A DNA stretch of 63,594 nucleotides from a virus (taxonomy: Duplodnaviria > Caudoviricetes), in the IMG/VR virus record IMGVR_UViG_3300020442_001396, positions 1 to 63,594 of that record. One strand, given 5' to 3'. This document shows positions 49,901 to 59,584 of this stretch, piece by piece (the first letter of the stretch is position 1; each line of letters starts with the position of its first letter). Below the pieces are notes generated by a model, which searched no databases, was not told the origin of the DNA, and saw only the letters and a program-made list of their open reading frames with translations. Both the position numbers and the translations under genes were made by a program.

Positions 49901-51207
49901 CTTATTCTGGTGACGCCATTGAAGCAAGTGCTGTTAGCGATGGTTATCCTACTGCAACTCCAACTTATTCTACTTCTCAGAGAAAGATTCGTCTTGCACA
50001 TAGTAATCACTGTATGCACTCTTCTCAAAATAACGTTGTCATTACGGGCGTTGAATCGGAAGTATCTCCTACTTATTTGACTGCTGCTATCTCAGCATCT
50101 GACACATCTCTGAATGTGAATGATGCTTCTGCTTTCCACCAAATTATTAATGGTGGTACTATTAGTTCTACTAATAAAGGATATGCAAGAATCATTAGTG
50201 ATGCAGGAACTGAGGTTGTTTCATATACTGCTATCTCAAGTGACTTCCAAACTATCACTGTAAGTGAAAGAGGACTTGATGGTACATCTGCAGTATCTCA
50301 CGTTGATGAATCTGTAGTTGAGTGTTATAACCTTGATGGTATTCCTCTGATTGAAGTCAATAAGACTCACACAGGTATTCTCAATCCAACTCTCGATACT
50401 TACGAGATCTCTACAAGTTCTATTGCTAGACTTGGTATTAGATCTGGTGGTGTAAATGCAGTTGCAACACAGAATGTTCAGTATGATATCTTGGTGCCAC
50501 AAATCGAAAGAATGCTGTTACCTGAGACAGGTATCAGTGCTAGAATCAATGGCATTAGTGGTACTTCTATCAACGATGGAAACACCAGACTCCAAGAATC
50601 GTTTGCTAATGATGGCGTCTTCTCGGATATTATTCTGAGTGAAGATAATGCATTGAATGCACCTCAACTTATTTGTTCTGCAATCAATGAATCTAGTGAA
50701 CTTGCAGGTGCTAAGTCCTTTAGATTGGACATGACACTTACAAGTACAAAGGGAAATGTGTCTCCTTTAATTGACACAGACAGAATGTCAATGACTACTG
50801 TCATGAACAGGATTAATAATCCTTCTGATCCTAACACTGCCAAGTTAAGTGTTGGTGATTCACATGATGCAGTGTACATTACTCGTGCTGCTAACCTTGT
50901 CAATCCTTCTGGTGCAATCAAGGTTATATTCTCTGGTTATCGTCCATCTAACACCTTTATTAAGGTGCTATATAGAGTACGTCCAACTGGTTCTACCGAT
51001 TCCATTGAGACATTCGGATTCGAGTTCTTCCCTGACGCAGAGGCAAAAATCCCTCCTACTACAGAGAAGACTATCTTTAATGAGTACGAATACGAAGTGT
51101 CTGGTTTAGCATTTGATCAGTATCAAATCAAGGTAGTGTTTACATCACCGAACCAGTCTTTAACTCCTATTATTCAAGACTTCCGAGCAATCTCTCTCGC
51201 TGTATAA
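43978..51207 (+). CDS. VrlC/DUF4815-like virion structural protein, 2409 aa
   Basis: PYYDDFD..NFYRVLFRPG.PIQARELTTMQSILQNQ, RYTMRDIG, KNGFIVDDF, DPLAQSF. Confidence 0.85.
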   Translation: MAQNTNLNVTPYYDDFDKTKNFYRVLFRPGFPIQARELTTMQSILQNQVENVGSHLFKDGAMVIPGQVGYDLNVDAIQLQESFLGADVEQYRTQLNGKIIEGLTSGVKAKVLFSISATDSTKGYITLYVKYIESGGTQNTQQTFSNNEQLITDAEITFGTTLIEIGSPFAQLLPTAALQQGSVAYIQEGVYFIRGFFVDVQYQYLLLDQYGSNPSYRIGLDIQESIITPEDDLSLNDNAAGTSNYAAPGSHRFRISTRLVKKLLTDDADKDFLELLRINNSKVEKLVDRSAYDELERSMATRTFEESGDYVVKDFKITARENLDDGFNNGVYASGSTTAQGNATTERMYAIEFGPGTAYVRGYRVSTLSPTYVDLEKPRDTKASQNTIIPFEMGNNIIVTNVFGFPNSTGSSLASAYQTIELRDSFTSTPGTNAGNIIGFARLAAMEHTSDGDDTTFGNADDTYNTNIFDVQMFTILELASAVTIQAGSLLVGASSGARAYLVEGVSSSDHIDCYQVEGTFAVGEMILVDGLNVDTVEVAHSYAFSDTRQIVSRDESTNATEFTADIILDDIQVIQGTTFTYDATGGSEKITGQSSNFALDLKPGDRIYFNGTQYVDVDKVNPNSLTGSQISTIFDYQAQTVNVTPGPGGAAPSAGTYAALLRQRSKLNNVQNADLLSEMPKKYIKSISDESMIVRRTFDAQTVASNSISITLPENEQFQAISDQNYTFTVLAGTNSTHPVGDQITINTTNTGAIGYTTFTSSDRTTIQIDNLTNITSIKVTATISKNVTQRKTKSGQQMFVLKVNKTIENLDKQNYNLTYSNLYGTRIQDRDLSLGLVDCYRLHAVYESNDDNDPVLPSVTLVEPTFFATGTIVTGRTSKARAKVVAFSSGTLKLSLVYISGQLQSGETIDGFDSSGVALSAIINDSVGSVIAGSKVITDNYFLEVSQTGFIYDVSRLTRKKGVATPIRKLLVVLDYYTHSATGDYFGGQSYLDTTYGDIPFFGTKFLADYLDFRPGCKNLYSGTGSVASPAFVNCSTFDFKSRVFNVSGTPNATIFDVPKINSDFRADFDWYLPRVDKAFLTPAGEFQLIKGKSSELPQEPDDLKDGMLLATMSHKPYGFDPETDIVITRSDNRRYTMRDIGGIERRLDQVEYYTSLNMLESDTFATKIIDADGKDRLKNGFIVDDFSDHSKSQTSHEDFSAALDFAQGQAHPSHYTTNIPLQLNTTISQNYQQTGPIITLPYSELTIINQPYASRVENINPFNVFTYIGRIDLTPASDDWLETQRLPANVQQVEGDFQSVSSELRVDQNGFAPIQWNAWRDQWSASRVIGSRVTRNSFWLEMDVGRSPSPGVWGGRGMRRVNREETLLVTTRQTRSGIRSRVIPRIDRQSLGDQVMSSTSIPWIRSRNVKVNVERLKPRTRFYSFFDGKQVSDYFTPKLIELIKDPSTDARTNSTPFIPGETVRGQNSGCVLRVANPDDLYINNPYDDTAMATSYASTTAFLNIDTDALAAQAVGQFFGNVQVGEVLVADSGARAVVKDRRLVSDRFGKMQASFFIPPASVDTNPRWATGTRTIRLSTSDTDSRLAGAVASSAEAEYEASGTLNRVRENVLAVRNAEVVRDTVNQTRNFNTIRTETRQIGWYDPLAQSFISDEEGGVFITSVEVFFFKKDANIPVSMQVRTMENGYPTTAILPFSDVTLEPSQVQLSETAAVATKFTFKAPVYIPQSIEHCFVLLSDSNEYQIWISRMGEIDITGDRTISEQPYAGVLFKSQNASTWTADQYEDLKFKVNRAEFDTTSLSTVSLNNAPLDIGNGGKLRLQRDPIQTFVPEIDLLLNSTTLPYTIGARIYQKTTLAQGTIAKRTVTSSGVILTIKDITGTFAAGSNTGGVISNRIVSSKTTATLVVTGASGDFTVGETITGNSAGAPTAEVVTWNAGTNTLELKFVSTDFITSPAETVTGGSSTVTATVSSITYSGDAIEASAVSDGYPTATPTYSTSQRKIRLAHSNHCMHSSQNNVVITGVESEVSPTYLTAAISASDTSLNVNDASAFHQIINGGTISSTNKGYARIISDAGTEVVSYTAISSDFQTITVSERGLDGTSAVSHVDESVVECYNLDGIPLIEVNKTHTGILNPTLDTYEISTSSIARLGIRSGGVNAVATQNVQYDILVPQIERMLLPETGISARINGISGTSINDGNTRLQESFANDGVFSDIILSEDNALNAPQLICSAINESSELAGAKSFRLDMTLTSTKGNVSPLIDTDRMSMTTVMNRINNPSDPNTAKLSVGDSHDAVYITRAANLVNPSGAIKVIFSGYRPSNTFIKVLYRVRPTGSTDSIETFGFEFFPDAEAKIPPTTEKTIFNEYEYEVSGLAFDQYQIKVVFTSPNQSLTPIIQDFRAISLAV

Positions 51208-51431
51208 TGTATCAACCTGTAAAAGGACATGAGAATTGGTTTAGGGACTCCCAGTCGGGGTCCTTTAACTGTGCTGATGAGGATACTTATACAAAGTATA
51301 TGAAAGCACATGCAGCAGAGAAAAGAGCAAAGGATGATTTTAACACTTTACAAAATGAAGTTTCTGAGTTAAAATCGGATATGAGTGAGATCAAATCACT
51401 TTTACTAACGTTAGTCCAAAAATCTGATTAA
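51207..51431 (+). CDS. small coiled-coil protein
   Basis: ORF track; TAATG coupling. Confidence 0.8.
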   Translation: MYQPVKGHENWFRDSQSGSFNCADEDTYTKYMKAHAAEKRAKDDFNTLQNEVSELKSDMSEIKSLLLTLVQKSD

Positions 51432-51434
51432 ATT

Positions 51435-51674
51435 ATGACTGGTACACCTAGTTCCGTTCCTGTTGAAAAAGTCTCTCAGGATGAGATGCTTCGTCAATTC
51501 AAGGAGCAATATGCAGGATACATCAAAGAGAATCAAGAACTCTCCGCTAAAATTAAACAAAATGAAGTCCAAGCACTGAAACTTCAAGGGGCGATTGAGA
51601 CCCTAGAATACTACGGTGCAGGGGGCGAATCTGAAACAATGTCACATCCTCCTGACGAAGAAACGGAAGAATAA
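51435..51674 (+). CDS. small coiled-coil protein (possible fibre chaperone)
   Basis: ORF track; LKLQGAIETLE helix. Confidence 0.75.
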   Translation: MTGTPSSVPVEKVSQDEMLRQFKEQYAGYIKENQELSAKIKQNEVQALKLQGAIETLEYYGAGGESETMSHPPDEETEE

Positions 51675-51680
51675 TGACAG

Positions 51681-51703
51681 GGGGTTCAACGGAACCCCTT
51701 TTT
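51681..51703 (+). terminator. rho-independent terminator
   Basis: GGGGTTC-aacg-GAACCCC plus T5. Confidence 0.8.
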
Positions 51704-51709
51704 ACTAGC

Positions 51710-51716
51710 ATAAATA
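51710..51716 (+). promoter_or_regulatory. T4-type late promoter
   Basis: ATAAATA right after the terminator. Confidence 0.75.
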
Positions 51717-51754
51717 ACTTGGAAGCATAAACCGTATAGAGTTGTCCTAACAAA

Positions 51755-54700
51755 ATGGCAAATAGAATTCAGTTAAGAAGAGGGGGTGCTCAGGAATGGG
51801 CAAACTCAAACCCAACCCTTGCTCAAGGTGAACTTGGCATTGAACTTGACACTGGTCGATTTAAGATTGGTGATGGTGTTACCGCGTGGAATACTCTGCG
51901 ATATGAGAGACCTGTTGAATCTACTTCAAACACTGCTAACACTCTTGTACAAAGAGATGCTGATGGTAACTTTGCTGCAGGTACGGTAACTGCAACTCTT
52001 ATTGGTAACTCTTCTACTGCTGCACGTCTTGCTTCAACTAGACAAATTCAACTCTCTGGTGACGTACAAGCATCTGGTGTATTTGATGGTTCACAAAACC
52101 TTAACTTAACTTCTTCTATTAGTCTGATTTCTACTTTACCACATTACGATGGTACTGATACTGCAAGTGGAACTTATACTAAAGTAACTGTTGATGCTAA
52201 AGGTAGAATTACAAATGCTACAAACCCAACAACTCTTGCCGAATATAACTTAAACGGAACTGTAGAAGGTCAGTCTGCACAACCATATGACTTAGACCTT
52301 GTTGCTATTGCAGGTCTTACTACTACTGGTTTGATTTCCAGAACTTCTGGTGGTGCAATGTCAACCAGAACCATTGCAGGTACTGCAGGTAGAATCTCCG
52401 TAAATGATGGTGGTGGTATCAATGGAAACCCCACGATCGACATTATTTCAACGACTGTAGTACCAGGAAATTATAATACCGAATCCTTAACATCTGTCTC
52501 AGGTGTGGGATCCAACTCAGAACCATTCGGTACTGAAACTGTAAACGCTACGAAATTTACAGTTGACGACAGGGGTCGTCTAACCAGTGCTACGAATGTA
52601 CCAATCGCTACTGCGACAGAGGGAAGTAAGTATCCTAACTATGGTGCAGGTACTACTTACGTTAGGTATGACATCATTCAAAATGCCTCTAAGGTTTACC
52701 AAGCAATCACTGGGATTGCTGCAGGTCAAGGTGCTCCTACTCATACTAGTGGCGACTCTGGCGGGTGGAGATACCTCGCTGCCGAGGCAACGGAGCAAAA
52801 GGGTCTTGCGTCCTTTGCACAAGAAGACTTTGACGTTGACAGCAATGGGCATGTCACGATCTCCGCCCAAGGTGTAGATAACAATCAATTACAAAACAAT
52901 AGAATCGGTTTTGCTGATGGCAACACCGTAGAAAACTTTGAACTCGATCAAGAACTTACAGCAACAACTGGTTACAGAGGATTCAACTATCTAAATTATG
53001 TTAAGGTTAATGATACTAGTGGCAACCTACTGTTTAGCGCGAATAATACAGGCGATGGTGGGGCTGGTGAGGTTGATATCAATGTCCGTACCGTTATATC
53101 TGATCCTGATATTATTCTTGATGGAGCAACTACTCAACAAATTGATAAGACTGGGGATGGAAACCTCAATATTGAACTAACTCAGAATACTGCAACTAAT
53201 AGAAACTTTACTGTTGCTTCTACAAACGCAGGTTCTGGCACAAGCACACTAACATTAACAGCAGAAGACGTTGTTGATATCGATGCATCTGCTGCTACTG
53301 GTAAAGTCCATGTTGAAGATGCAAGATTCCAAGACAATTATATTGCAACTTCTAATGCTACCATGCACCTTGATCCAGGTGATGATAGAGCAATCACTGG
53401 ATTAGTTCGTGTTCATGGAGACTTACAAGTAGATGGAACAACTACAACAGTTAATAGTACGGTTACGACCGTTGATGATCCCATTATCACTCTTGGTGGC
53501 GACACTGCTCCTTCTAGTGATGACAATAAAGATCGTGGAGTTGAATTCAGATATTATGACTCTCAAGCAAGAGTTGGATTCTTTGGTTACGACGATTCTT
53601 ACACAGACCTTGGAGGACATGTCGGAGGATTTACGTTTTTACACGACGCCACAAATACTTCAGAGGTCTTTAGTGGAACAGCGTCTGGTATAATCGGTGG
53701 TAACTTAAAACTTACTACAAATACAAACTCTACCTCTAATACTACTGGTGATCTGGTAGTTGCAGGTGGTGCAGGTATTGGTCAGGATGTTAATATTGGT
53801 GGTACGTTAGATGTAGATACTAACTTCCGTACTCACGGTACAAGTAGATTTGATGATAATGTTGTTTTACAAGGTGCTTCTAAGACATTACAACTAAACA
53901 ATGGATCTGGAACTACTAAGATTGAGTTCCAATCTACAACTGGTAATGGTTCTCTTGCAGGTATCTTAGATGTAACTGGTAACCTCAACGTCAATACTAA
54001 TAAGTTCAACGTTGTTGCTGCTTCTGGTAACACATCTATTGCAGGTACACTGGGTGTTACAAACATTGCAACCTTCTCTAATGATATCGATGCAAACGGT
54101 AACGTTGCAATCGCAGGAAATATTCACTCCGAAAGCACAAACGATATCACTGCTGCTAAGAACAGTAGTACTGGTGAATGGGAGATTCAATCTAATGACT
54201 ATGGTTCACTAAGAGTTGACGGTGGTGCATACGTTGCAGGTTCTGCTCTGATCGATGGTACGTTACACGTTAACGGTCCTCTTGAGATTAAGGATAGTGC
54301 AACAGAGACTGAATCTAGATTGAACTGGTTGAGAGTCAGATACAGAGGTCGTTTCGGTGACACTTATCAGGCATCTCCTTCCTATGCATCTCATAACTTC
54401 TCCACCTTAAAAGCACATGGTGGTGCAGGTATTATGAAATCCCTGTACGTTGGTGCTACAGGATCAGGAGAGAGATTCTCAGTTGGTAAAAAGAACTCTG
54501 GTGATAGTGAGAAGTTCACTGTTATTGGTGCAACTGGTGATACAACTATTGAAGGTACACTGACTGTTAATGATAACGTAAACTTCAATGGCACTCTAGA
54601 TGTTGATGAAGATTTTGCAGTTAGAAATGGTACAACAGATAAGTTCTTTGTAGAAAATTCAACAGGTAATACTAATATTGAAGGCACGCTGACTGCTGAT

Positions 54701-57700
54701 GGTCACACTGAGTTGAACTCTACACTTAACGTAGATAGCAATACAACTCTTGGTGGCACACTGACTGTTGCTAACAATACTGAGATTAACGGCACCTTAG
54801 ACGTTGACGCTAACTTTGCTGTTAGATCTGGCACAACTGATAAGATGACTGTTGCCTCTTCCACAGGTAACATTGCAACTGATGGTACTCTGGTTGTTCA
54901 AGGTCAGACAACTATTAATGATTCAATTATCCTCAACGCTGCTAACGAAGAGTTTGCAGTCCAGAATGGTTCTGGAGTAGATAAGTTTACTGTTGATAGT
55001 GATAATGGTAACACTGTCATTGCAGGTCAAACAACGATTGGTGGTGCTACACAAATCAATAATACTGTTGGTATTACTAACGTAACTACGATTACTAGAA
55101 ATACCCAACAAACCCTTACTGGAACCTACTCTGCCGATGGTGCATTCCGTCTCAGTGGTGGTGCAGGTATCGGTAAGAACCTCGCTATTGGTGAGGGATT
55201 AAGAGTTTATGGTGGTACAGAACTTAGCAGTGCATTAGATCTTAATAGCAGTGCTGATATCTCTGGATCACTGGTAACTCATGATAATGTTACTGTCACA
55301 GCAGATAATAAGTTCTTCAAAGTTCAGAACGGTTCTGGTGTAGATAAGTTTACTGTTGATACAGATAATGGTAATGTGGTCTCTCAAGGTCAATTAACTG
55401 TTGCAGGTGATGCAGCATTACAATCTGATCTTGTAGTTACTGGAAACTTAACCGTAAATGGAACAACAACTACTGTTAACAGCACTGTCACTACAATCGA
55501 TGACCCTGTTATTACTATTGGAGGTGACACTGCACCCGCGTCTAACGATGGTAAGGATAGGGGTGTTGAATTTCGTTACTATGATGGTTCTGCTAAACTT
55601 GGTTTCTTCGGTTTTGACAGATCCTCCTCAGAATTCGCACTCTTAACTAGTGCAAGCAACTCCTCCGAAGTATTCACTGGTACTGATGGTGCATTAAGAA
55701 TCGGTTCTATCCATGTCACTGGTGCAGGTACATCTGTTGACATTGATAACAACTTAAATGTTGATGGAACTGCAACTGTTGATGGACAGATCATCTCTCA
55801 AGTATCTTCTGGTCCTGCTCTTGTCATTCCAACAACTGATAAGATCAACAACCTTAACGCAGACTTACTAGATGGCATGACAACTGCGACTGCTGCAACA
55901 GTCTCTACAGTTGTAAATCGTGACTCATCTGGTGACTTTGCTGCTAATCAAATCACTGCTGCTAGTGGCACAGGATCTGGTGCAGGTTTCTTAGGTAACG
56001 CATCTACTGCTGATGCATGGAAGACTGCTAGAACATTTACCCTCAACGGTGTTGTTCAAGGTTCTGTATCTGTAGATGGTAGTTCTGCCCCAACGATCAC
56101 AACAACATTCGTTGATGCTGATAGCACTGGTCTTGCTGCTATGTCTGGAACTGGTTATGTCGTAAGGACAGGAACTGGAACTTATGCACAAAGAACATTT
56201 GCTGTTACTGCATCTTCTGGTATTACTCTGACCAACGCTGATGGTGTTGCAGGTAATACAACTATTAACGTTGCTTCTTCAAGCACTAACTCATCAAACA
56301 ACCTTGTAATCAGAGATGCATCTGGTAACTTCGCTGCAGGAACTATTACTGCTGCATTGACTGGTAATGTTACTGGTCAGGTATCTGATATCTCAAACCA
56401 TGATACTGGTGATCTTACTGAGGGATCTAACCTCTACTACACTGACGAGAGAGTTGACGATAGAGTCAATGCTCTTATCACTGCAGGAACTGGTATCACC
56501 AAAGCATATAATGACTCCGCAAACACATATACACTGACTGTAACACAGTCCGATATCGATACTGATAATGTAACTGAAGGATCTTCAAATCTCTTTACTA
56601 CTGCTGCAAGAACCAGAACTCATTTCACATATGGTAATGGTATTGCACTTGCAGGATCTGGTGAACTATCTGTAACTCAGTCACAAATCAATACTGATAA
56701 CGTAACTGAAGGATCAACTAATCTGTTCACCACTGCTGCACGAACAAGGACACACTTTACTTACGGAACAGGTATCGAGTTGTCTGGTAGTGGTGAACTT
56801 TCTGTCACACAAGCAGATATCAATACTAGCAACATCACTGAAGGTAGCAAACTCTTCTATACTGATGCACGTTTTGATACTCGTCTTGCTGCTAAGGATA
56901 CTGGCGATCTTACTGAAGGAACAAACCTTTACTATACAAATGCTCGTGCTGACGCAAGAGTCGCTGCTGCTACAGGTGCAAACCTCAGTCTTGCTGATAA
57001 GTCTACTTCAGATCTTTCTGAAGGAACTAATCAGTACTACACTGAAGCAAGAGTTCAAGCAAAACTTGATAATGCGTATGAGCAACTAAGAGCAATGTTA
57101 ACTAACCTTGCAACTAGCACTACTCTGACTTTGAACTTGTCTGGTGATCCTACTCCTGGTGCAGTTGTTACCACTGGTGTTAGCGTCGGTGGTGGTGGAG
57201 GATTCTCTGCTGCTACTGGAGTTGCAACCTCTGGTGCTGCATCTGGTGCAACTGGATTGACTGTTGACACCACAGTCGATGCTGATGGAAACATCACTGC
57301 TGCTGCAGTTAATGCAGGTGGTAGTGACTATCTGATCACAGATACAGTTACAATCACTAACGCCAACGCAGGTAAAGTATTGTCATTCAACTTGGCAACC
57401 TTAGCAGGTGGATCAAATTATGTTACAGGAACTGCTCTAGCAACGACTGGAGGTTCTGGATCTGCAAGTTTGGTGGTAAATATTACTGCATCTGCAGGTG
57501 CGATTACCAACGTTACTATCAATGACGGTGGAACTGGTTATGCTGTTGGTGAGACAATCACCATCGTTCAACCAACTGGTGCTGACGGATCAAACCCAGG
57601 ATCAGGTGGTACAGTGAACATTGCTACCGTTGCAACTAATGCAACTCTGACTCTTACTGACATCACAACGATGGAAGTTGGAGCAACCGTTACTGGTGCT

Positions 57701-57838
57701 ACCTCTGGTACTACTGGAGTTATCACTGCTCTTGGAACTAACCAAGTCACTGTTGATAATGTTGACGGATTCTTCAAGAAAGGAGAAGTCGTCAGTGCTA
57801 ATGATGTTACCGCTTTGACCATATCCTCTTTCGCATAA
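51755..57838 (+). CDS. fibre protein, 2027 aa
   Basis: N-terminal RIQLRRG..W...NPTLAQGELG.ELDTG.FKIGDG..W..L.Y anchor; VTVDAKGRIT, duplicated DDPxITxGGD..DRGVEFRYYD, TxDLTEGxNLYYT repeats. Confidence 0.85.
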   Translation: MANRIQLRRGGAQEWANSNPTLAQGELGIELDTGRFKIGDGVTAWNTLRYERPVESTSNTANTLVQRDADGNFAAGTVTATLIGNSSTAARLASTRQIQLSGDVQASGVFDGSQNLNLTSSISLISTLPHYDGTDTASGTYTKVTVDAKGRITNATNPTTLAEYNLNGTVEGQSAQPYDLDLVAIAGLTTTGLISRTSGGAMSTRTIAGTAGRISVNDGGGINGNPTIDIISTTVVPGNYNTESLTSVSGVGSNSEPFGTETVNATKFTVDDRGRLTSATNVPIATATEGSKYPNYGAGTTYVRYDIIQNASKVYQAITGIAAGQGAPTHTSGDSGGWRYLAAEATEQKGLASFAQEDFDVDSNGHVTISAQGVDNNQLQNNRIGFADGNTVENFELDQELTATTGYRGFNYLNYVKVNDTSGNLLFSANNTGDGGAGEVDINVRTVISDPDIILDGATTQQIDKTGDGNLNIELTQNTATNRNFTVASTNAGSGTSTLTLTAEDVVDIDASAATGKVHVEDARFQDNYIATSNATMHLDPGDDRAITGLVRVHGDLQVDGTTTTVNSTVTTVDDPIITLGGDTAPSSDDNKDRGVEFRYYDSQARVGFFGYDDSYTDLGGHVGGFTFLHDATNTSEVFSGTASGIIGGNLKLTTNTNSTSNTTGDLVVAGGAGIGQDVNIGGTLDVDTNFRTHGTSRFDDNVVLQGASKTLQLNNGSGTTKIEFQSTTGNGSLAGILDVTGNLNVNTNKFNVVAASGNTSIAGTLGVTNIATFSNDIDANGNVAIAGNIHSESTNDITAAKNSSTGEWEIQSNDYGSLRVDGGAYVAGSALIDGTLHVNGPLEIKDSATETESRLNWLRVRYRGRFGDTYQASPSYASHNFSTLKAHGGAGIMKSLYVGATGSGERFSVGKKNSGDSEKFTVIGATGDTTIEGTLTVNDNVNFNGTLDVDEDFAVRNGTTDKFFVENSTGNTNIEGTLTADGHTELNSTLNVDSNTTLGGTLTVANNTEINGTLDVDANFAVRSGTTDKMTVASSTGNIATDGTLVVQGQTTINDSIILNAANEEFAVQNGSGVDKFTVDSDNGNTVIAGQTTIGGATQINNTVGITNVTTITRNTQQTLTGTYSADGAFRLSGGAGIGKNLAIGEGLRVYGGTELSSALDLNSSADISGSLVTHDNVTVTADNKFFKVQNGSGVDKFTVDTDNGNVVSQGQLTVAGDAALQSDLVVTGNLTVNGTTTTVNSTVTTIDDPVITIGGDTAPASNDGKDRGVEFRYYDGSAKLGFFGFDRSSSEFALLTSASNSSEVFTGTDGALRIGSIHVTGAGTSVDIDNNLNVDGTATVDGQIISQVSSGPALVIPTTDKINNLNADLLDGMTTATAATVSTVVNRDSSGDFAANQITAASGTGSGAGFLGNASTADAWKTARTFTLNGVVQGSVSVDGSSAPTITTTFVDADSTGLAAMSGTGYVVRTGTGTYAQRTFAVTASSGITLTNADGVAGNTTINVASSSTNSSNNLVIRDASGNFAAGTITAALTGNVTGQVSDISNHDTGDLTEGSNLYYTDERVDDRVNALITAGTGITKAYNDSANTYTLTVTQSDIDTDNVTEGSSNLFTTAARTRTHFTYGNGIALAGSGELSVTQSQINTDNVTEGSTNLFTTAARTRTHFTYGTGIELSGSGELSVTQADINTSNITEGSKLFYTDARFDTRLAAKDTGDLTEGTNLYYTNARADARVAAATGANLSLADKSTSDLSEGTNQYYTEARVQAKLDNAYEQLRAMLTNLATSTTLTLNLSGDPTPGAVVTTGVSVGGGGGFSAATGVATSGAASGATGLTVDTTVDADGNITAAAVNAGGSDYLITDTVTITNANAGKVLSFNLATLAGGSNYVTGTALATTGGSGSASLVVNITASAGAITNVTINDGGTGYAVGETITIVQPTGADGSNPGSGGTVNIATVATNATLTLTDITTMEVGATVTGATSGTTGVITALGTNQVTVDNVDGFFKKGEVVSANDVTALTISSFA
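56401..57060 (+). repeat. TxxxTEGxNLxxT fibre-shaft repeats, including a 44-aa-period tandem pair
   Basis: six TEG/SEG units in the translation. Confidence 0.75.
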
Positions 57839-57844
57839 TAACAA

Positions 57845-58651
57845 ATGTCTGCTACTAGACCCGCAAGTAAAACAGAACTAAAGAACTATGCTCTTCGTAG
57901 ACTAGGATATCCTACGATAGATATCAACGTTGCGACTGAGCAACTTGATGATTTGATCGAAGAAGCAATCGATTACTATCAAGAGTATCATTATAATGGC
58001 AGTTACAAAACTTTCATTAAGATTGAAGTAACTGATGCAATCAAAACTGCTGCACAAGCAGGTGCTCAGATTGGTTCTACAGCATGGTATGAGGGAACTG
58101 AGTATGTTTCATTACCACCTAATGTTCTTTCTGTAAACCATGTATATTCTCAGATCGGTGCTTCTAGTATCGTCCCTGGAAATATCTTTAACATCAAGTA
58201 TCAGATTTTCTTGAATGATATCTATGCTATGACGCATGGACATATCCTTCATTACTTCATGACTTCTCAATATCTTGAGACTTTGGATTGGGTCACCAAC
58301 TCTCAAAGAGATCGTAGAGTCAGATTTAATGAGCATCAAGGTAGATTATATCTTGATATGGATTGGGCAGACTTGCAAGCAGGAGACTTCTTATTAGTGG
58401 AAGTACAAATGCGTCAAGATCCTGAGACTTATACAGGCATGTATAATGATAACTGGTTGAAAGATTATGTTGAGGCATTATTCCAACAGCAATGGGGAAG
58501 AAACCTAAGTAAGTATGATGGCATTCAAATGCTTGGCGGTGTAACTTTGAACGGTAGACAAATCTTAGATGATGCTAGTCAGTTCAAAAAAGACTTGGAA
58601 GAGAATATCAGAACGACTTACGAAATTCCACCTCTAGATTTGGTAGGGTAA
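57845..58651 (+). CDS. gp13: neck protein gp13
   Basis: LKNYALRRLGYP.IDINVA.EQ, WLKDY...QWGRNLSKY.G.QM.GGVTLNG. Confidence 0.93.
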   Translation: MSATRPASKTELKNYALRRLGYPTIDINVATEQLDDLIEEAIDYYQEYHYNGSYKTFIKIEVTDAIKTAAQAGAQIGSTAWYEGTEYVSLPPNVLSVNHVYSQIGASSIVPGNIFNIKYQIFLNDIYAMTHGHILHYFMTSQYLETLDWVTNSQRDRRVRFNEHQGRLYLDMDWADLQAGDFLLVEVQMRQDPETYTGMYNDNWLKDYVEALFQQQWGRNLSKYDGIQMLGGVTLNGRQILDDASQFKKDLEENIRTTYEIPPLDLVG

Positions 58652-58657
58652 ACCGAC

Positions 58658-59584
58658 ATGGCAATCTCCAACACTCCCGCACAGGATTATGTACAATCGG
58701 ACTATAGCAACAGTGCTAGACTTAATATTAATGGGTCTGCACAAGAGCAGAAGTTCATCGAAAACCTTATCGTAGAAACTATTGAGATTTATGGGCAAAA
58801 CATTTACTATGTTCCGAGAACGCTTGTCAACCGCGATACGGTCTTTGGAGAAGACTCGGATTCAAAATTTGAAAGCGCGAAACCTATCAGAGCATATGTC
58901 AATAATGTTGAAGGATGGGAAGGACAAGGTGAGTTACTTAGCAAATTTGGAATCCGTATCGAAGACAAGACAACTTTTATATTCTCCCGTGAGAAATTTA
59001 AAGAAAACGTGGACGATTCTACAGTCCTTAACGTCGAAGGGAGACCGAACGAAGGGGACTTAATCTGGTTTCCAGTAACAAAACATTTATTTTCAATCAA
59101 GTTTGTAGAGGCAGAAAAACCTTTCTATCAACTCGGTAAGGGTTATGTTTGGGAATGTCAATGCGAACTCTTCGAGTACAGCGACGAAGAAATCAATACT
59201 GGTATTGCAGATCTGGATGCTATCGAGACTGCTTTTGCAAATGCAATCACGGTTGGTCTCGTAGCAGGAGGATCTGGTACGTTTACTGCAGGTGAGACTG
59301 TAACTGGTGGTACATCCAATGTTACTGCTGAAGTTAAGTCCTTTGATTCGGGTACTAGAACTCTCATCGTTATCAACAGATCAGGCACCTTCCAGGTCCC
59401 TGAGACGATCACAGGTGGCACTAGCAGTGCATCTTGGACAACTGCTACATATAATACTATCAACAATACCAATTCAGAGTACGATCAAAATAACGACTTC
59501 GAGACTCTTGATAATGATATCATCGACTTCACTGAATCTAACCCATTCGGAACAGTCGGATCTATTACTGATGGAACAATCTAA
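58658..59584 (+). CDS. gp14: neck protein gp14
   Basis: E.IEIYG..IYYVPR, LSKFG, RPNEGDLIWFP, PFYQLGK, IIDFTESNPFG. Confidence 0.93.
   Translation: MAISNTPAQDYVQSDYSNSARLNINGSAQEQKFIENLIVETIEIYGQNIYYVPRTLVNRDTVFGEDSDSKFESAKPIRAYVNNVEGWEGQGELLSKFGIRIEDKTTFIFSREKFKENVDDSTVLNVEGRPNEGDLIWFPVTKHLFSIKFVEAEKPFYQLGKGYVWECQCELFEYSDEEINTGIADLDAIETAFANAITVGLVAGGSGTFTAGETVTGGTSNVTAEVKSFDSGTRTLIVINRSGTFQVPETITGGTSSASWTTATYNTINNTNSEYDQNNDFETLDNDIIDFTESNPFGTVGSITDGTI

Noticed and set aside
51755-57838. Diversity-generating retroelement target suggested by the Mtd-like N-terminus
   Set aside because: The motif is a common fibre anchor; no RT and no template/variable repeat pair differing at adenines was seen.
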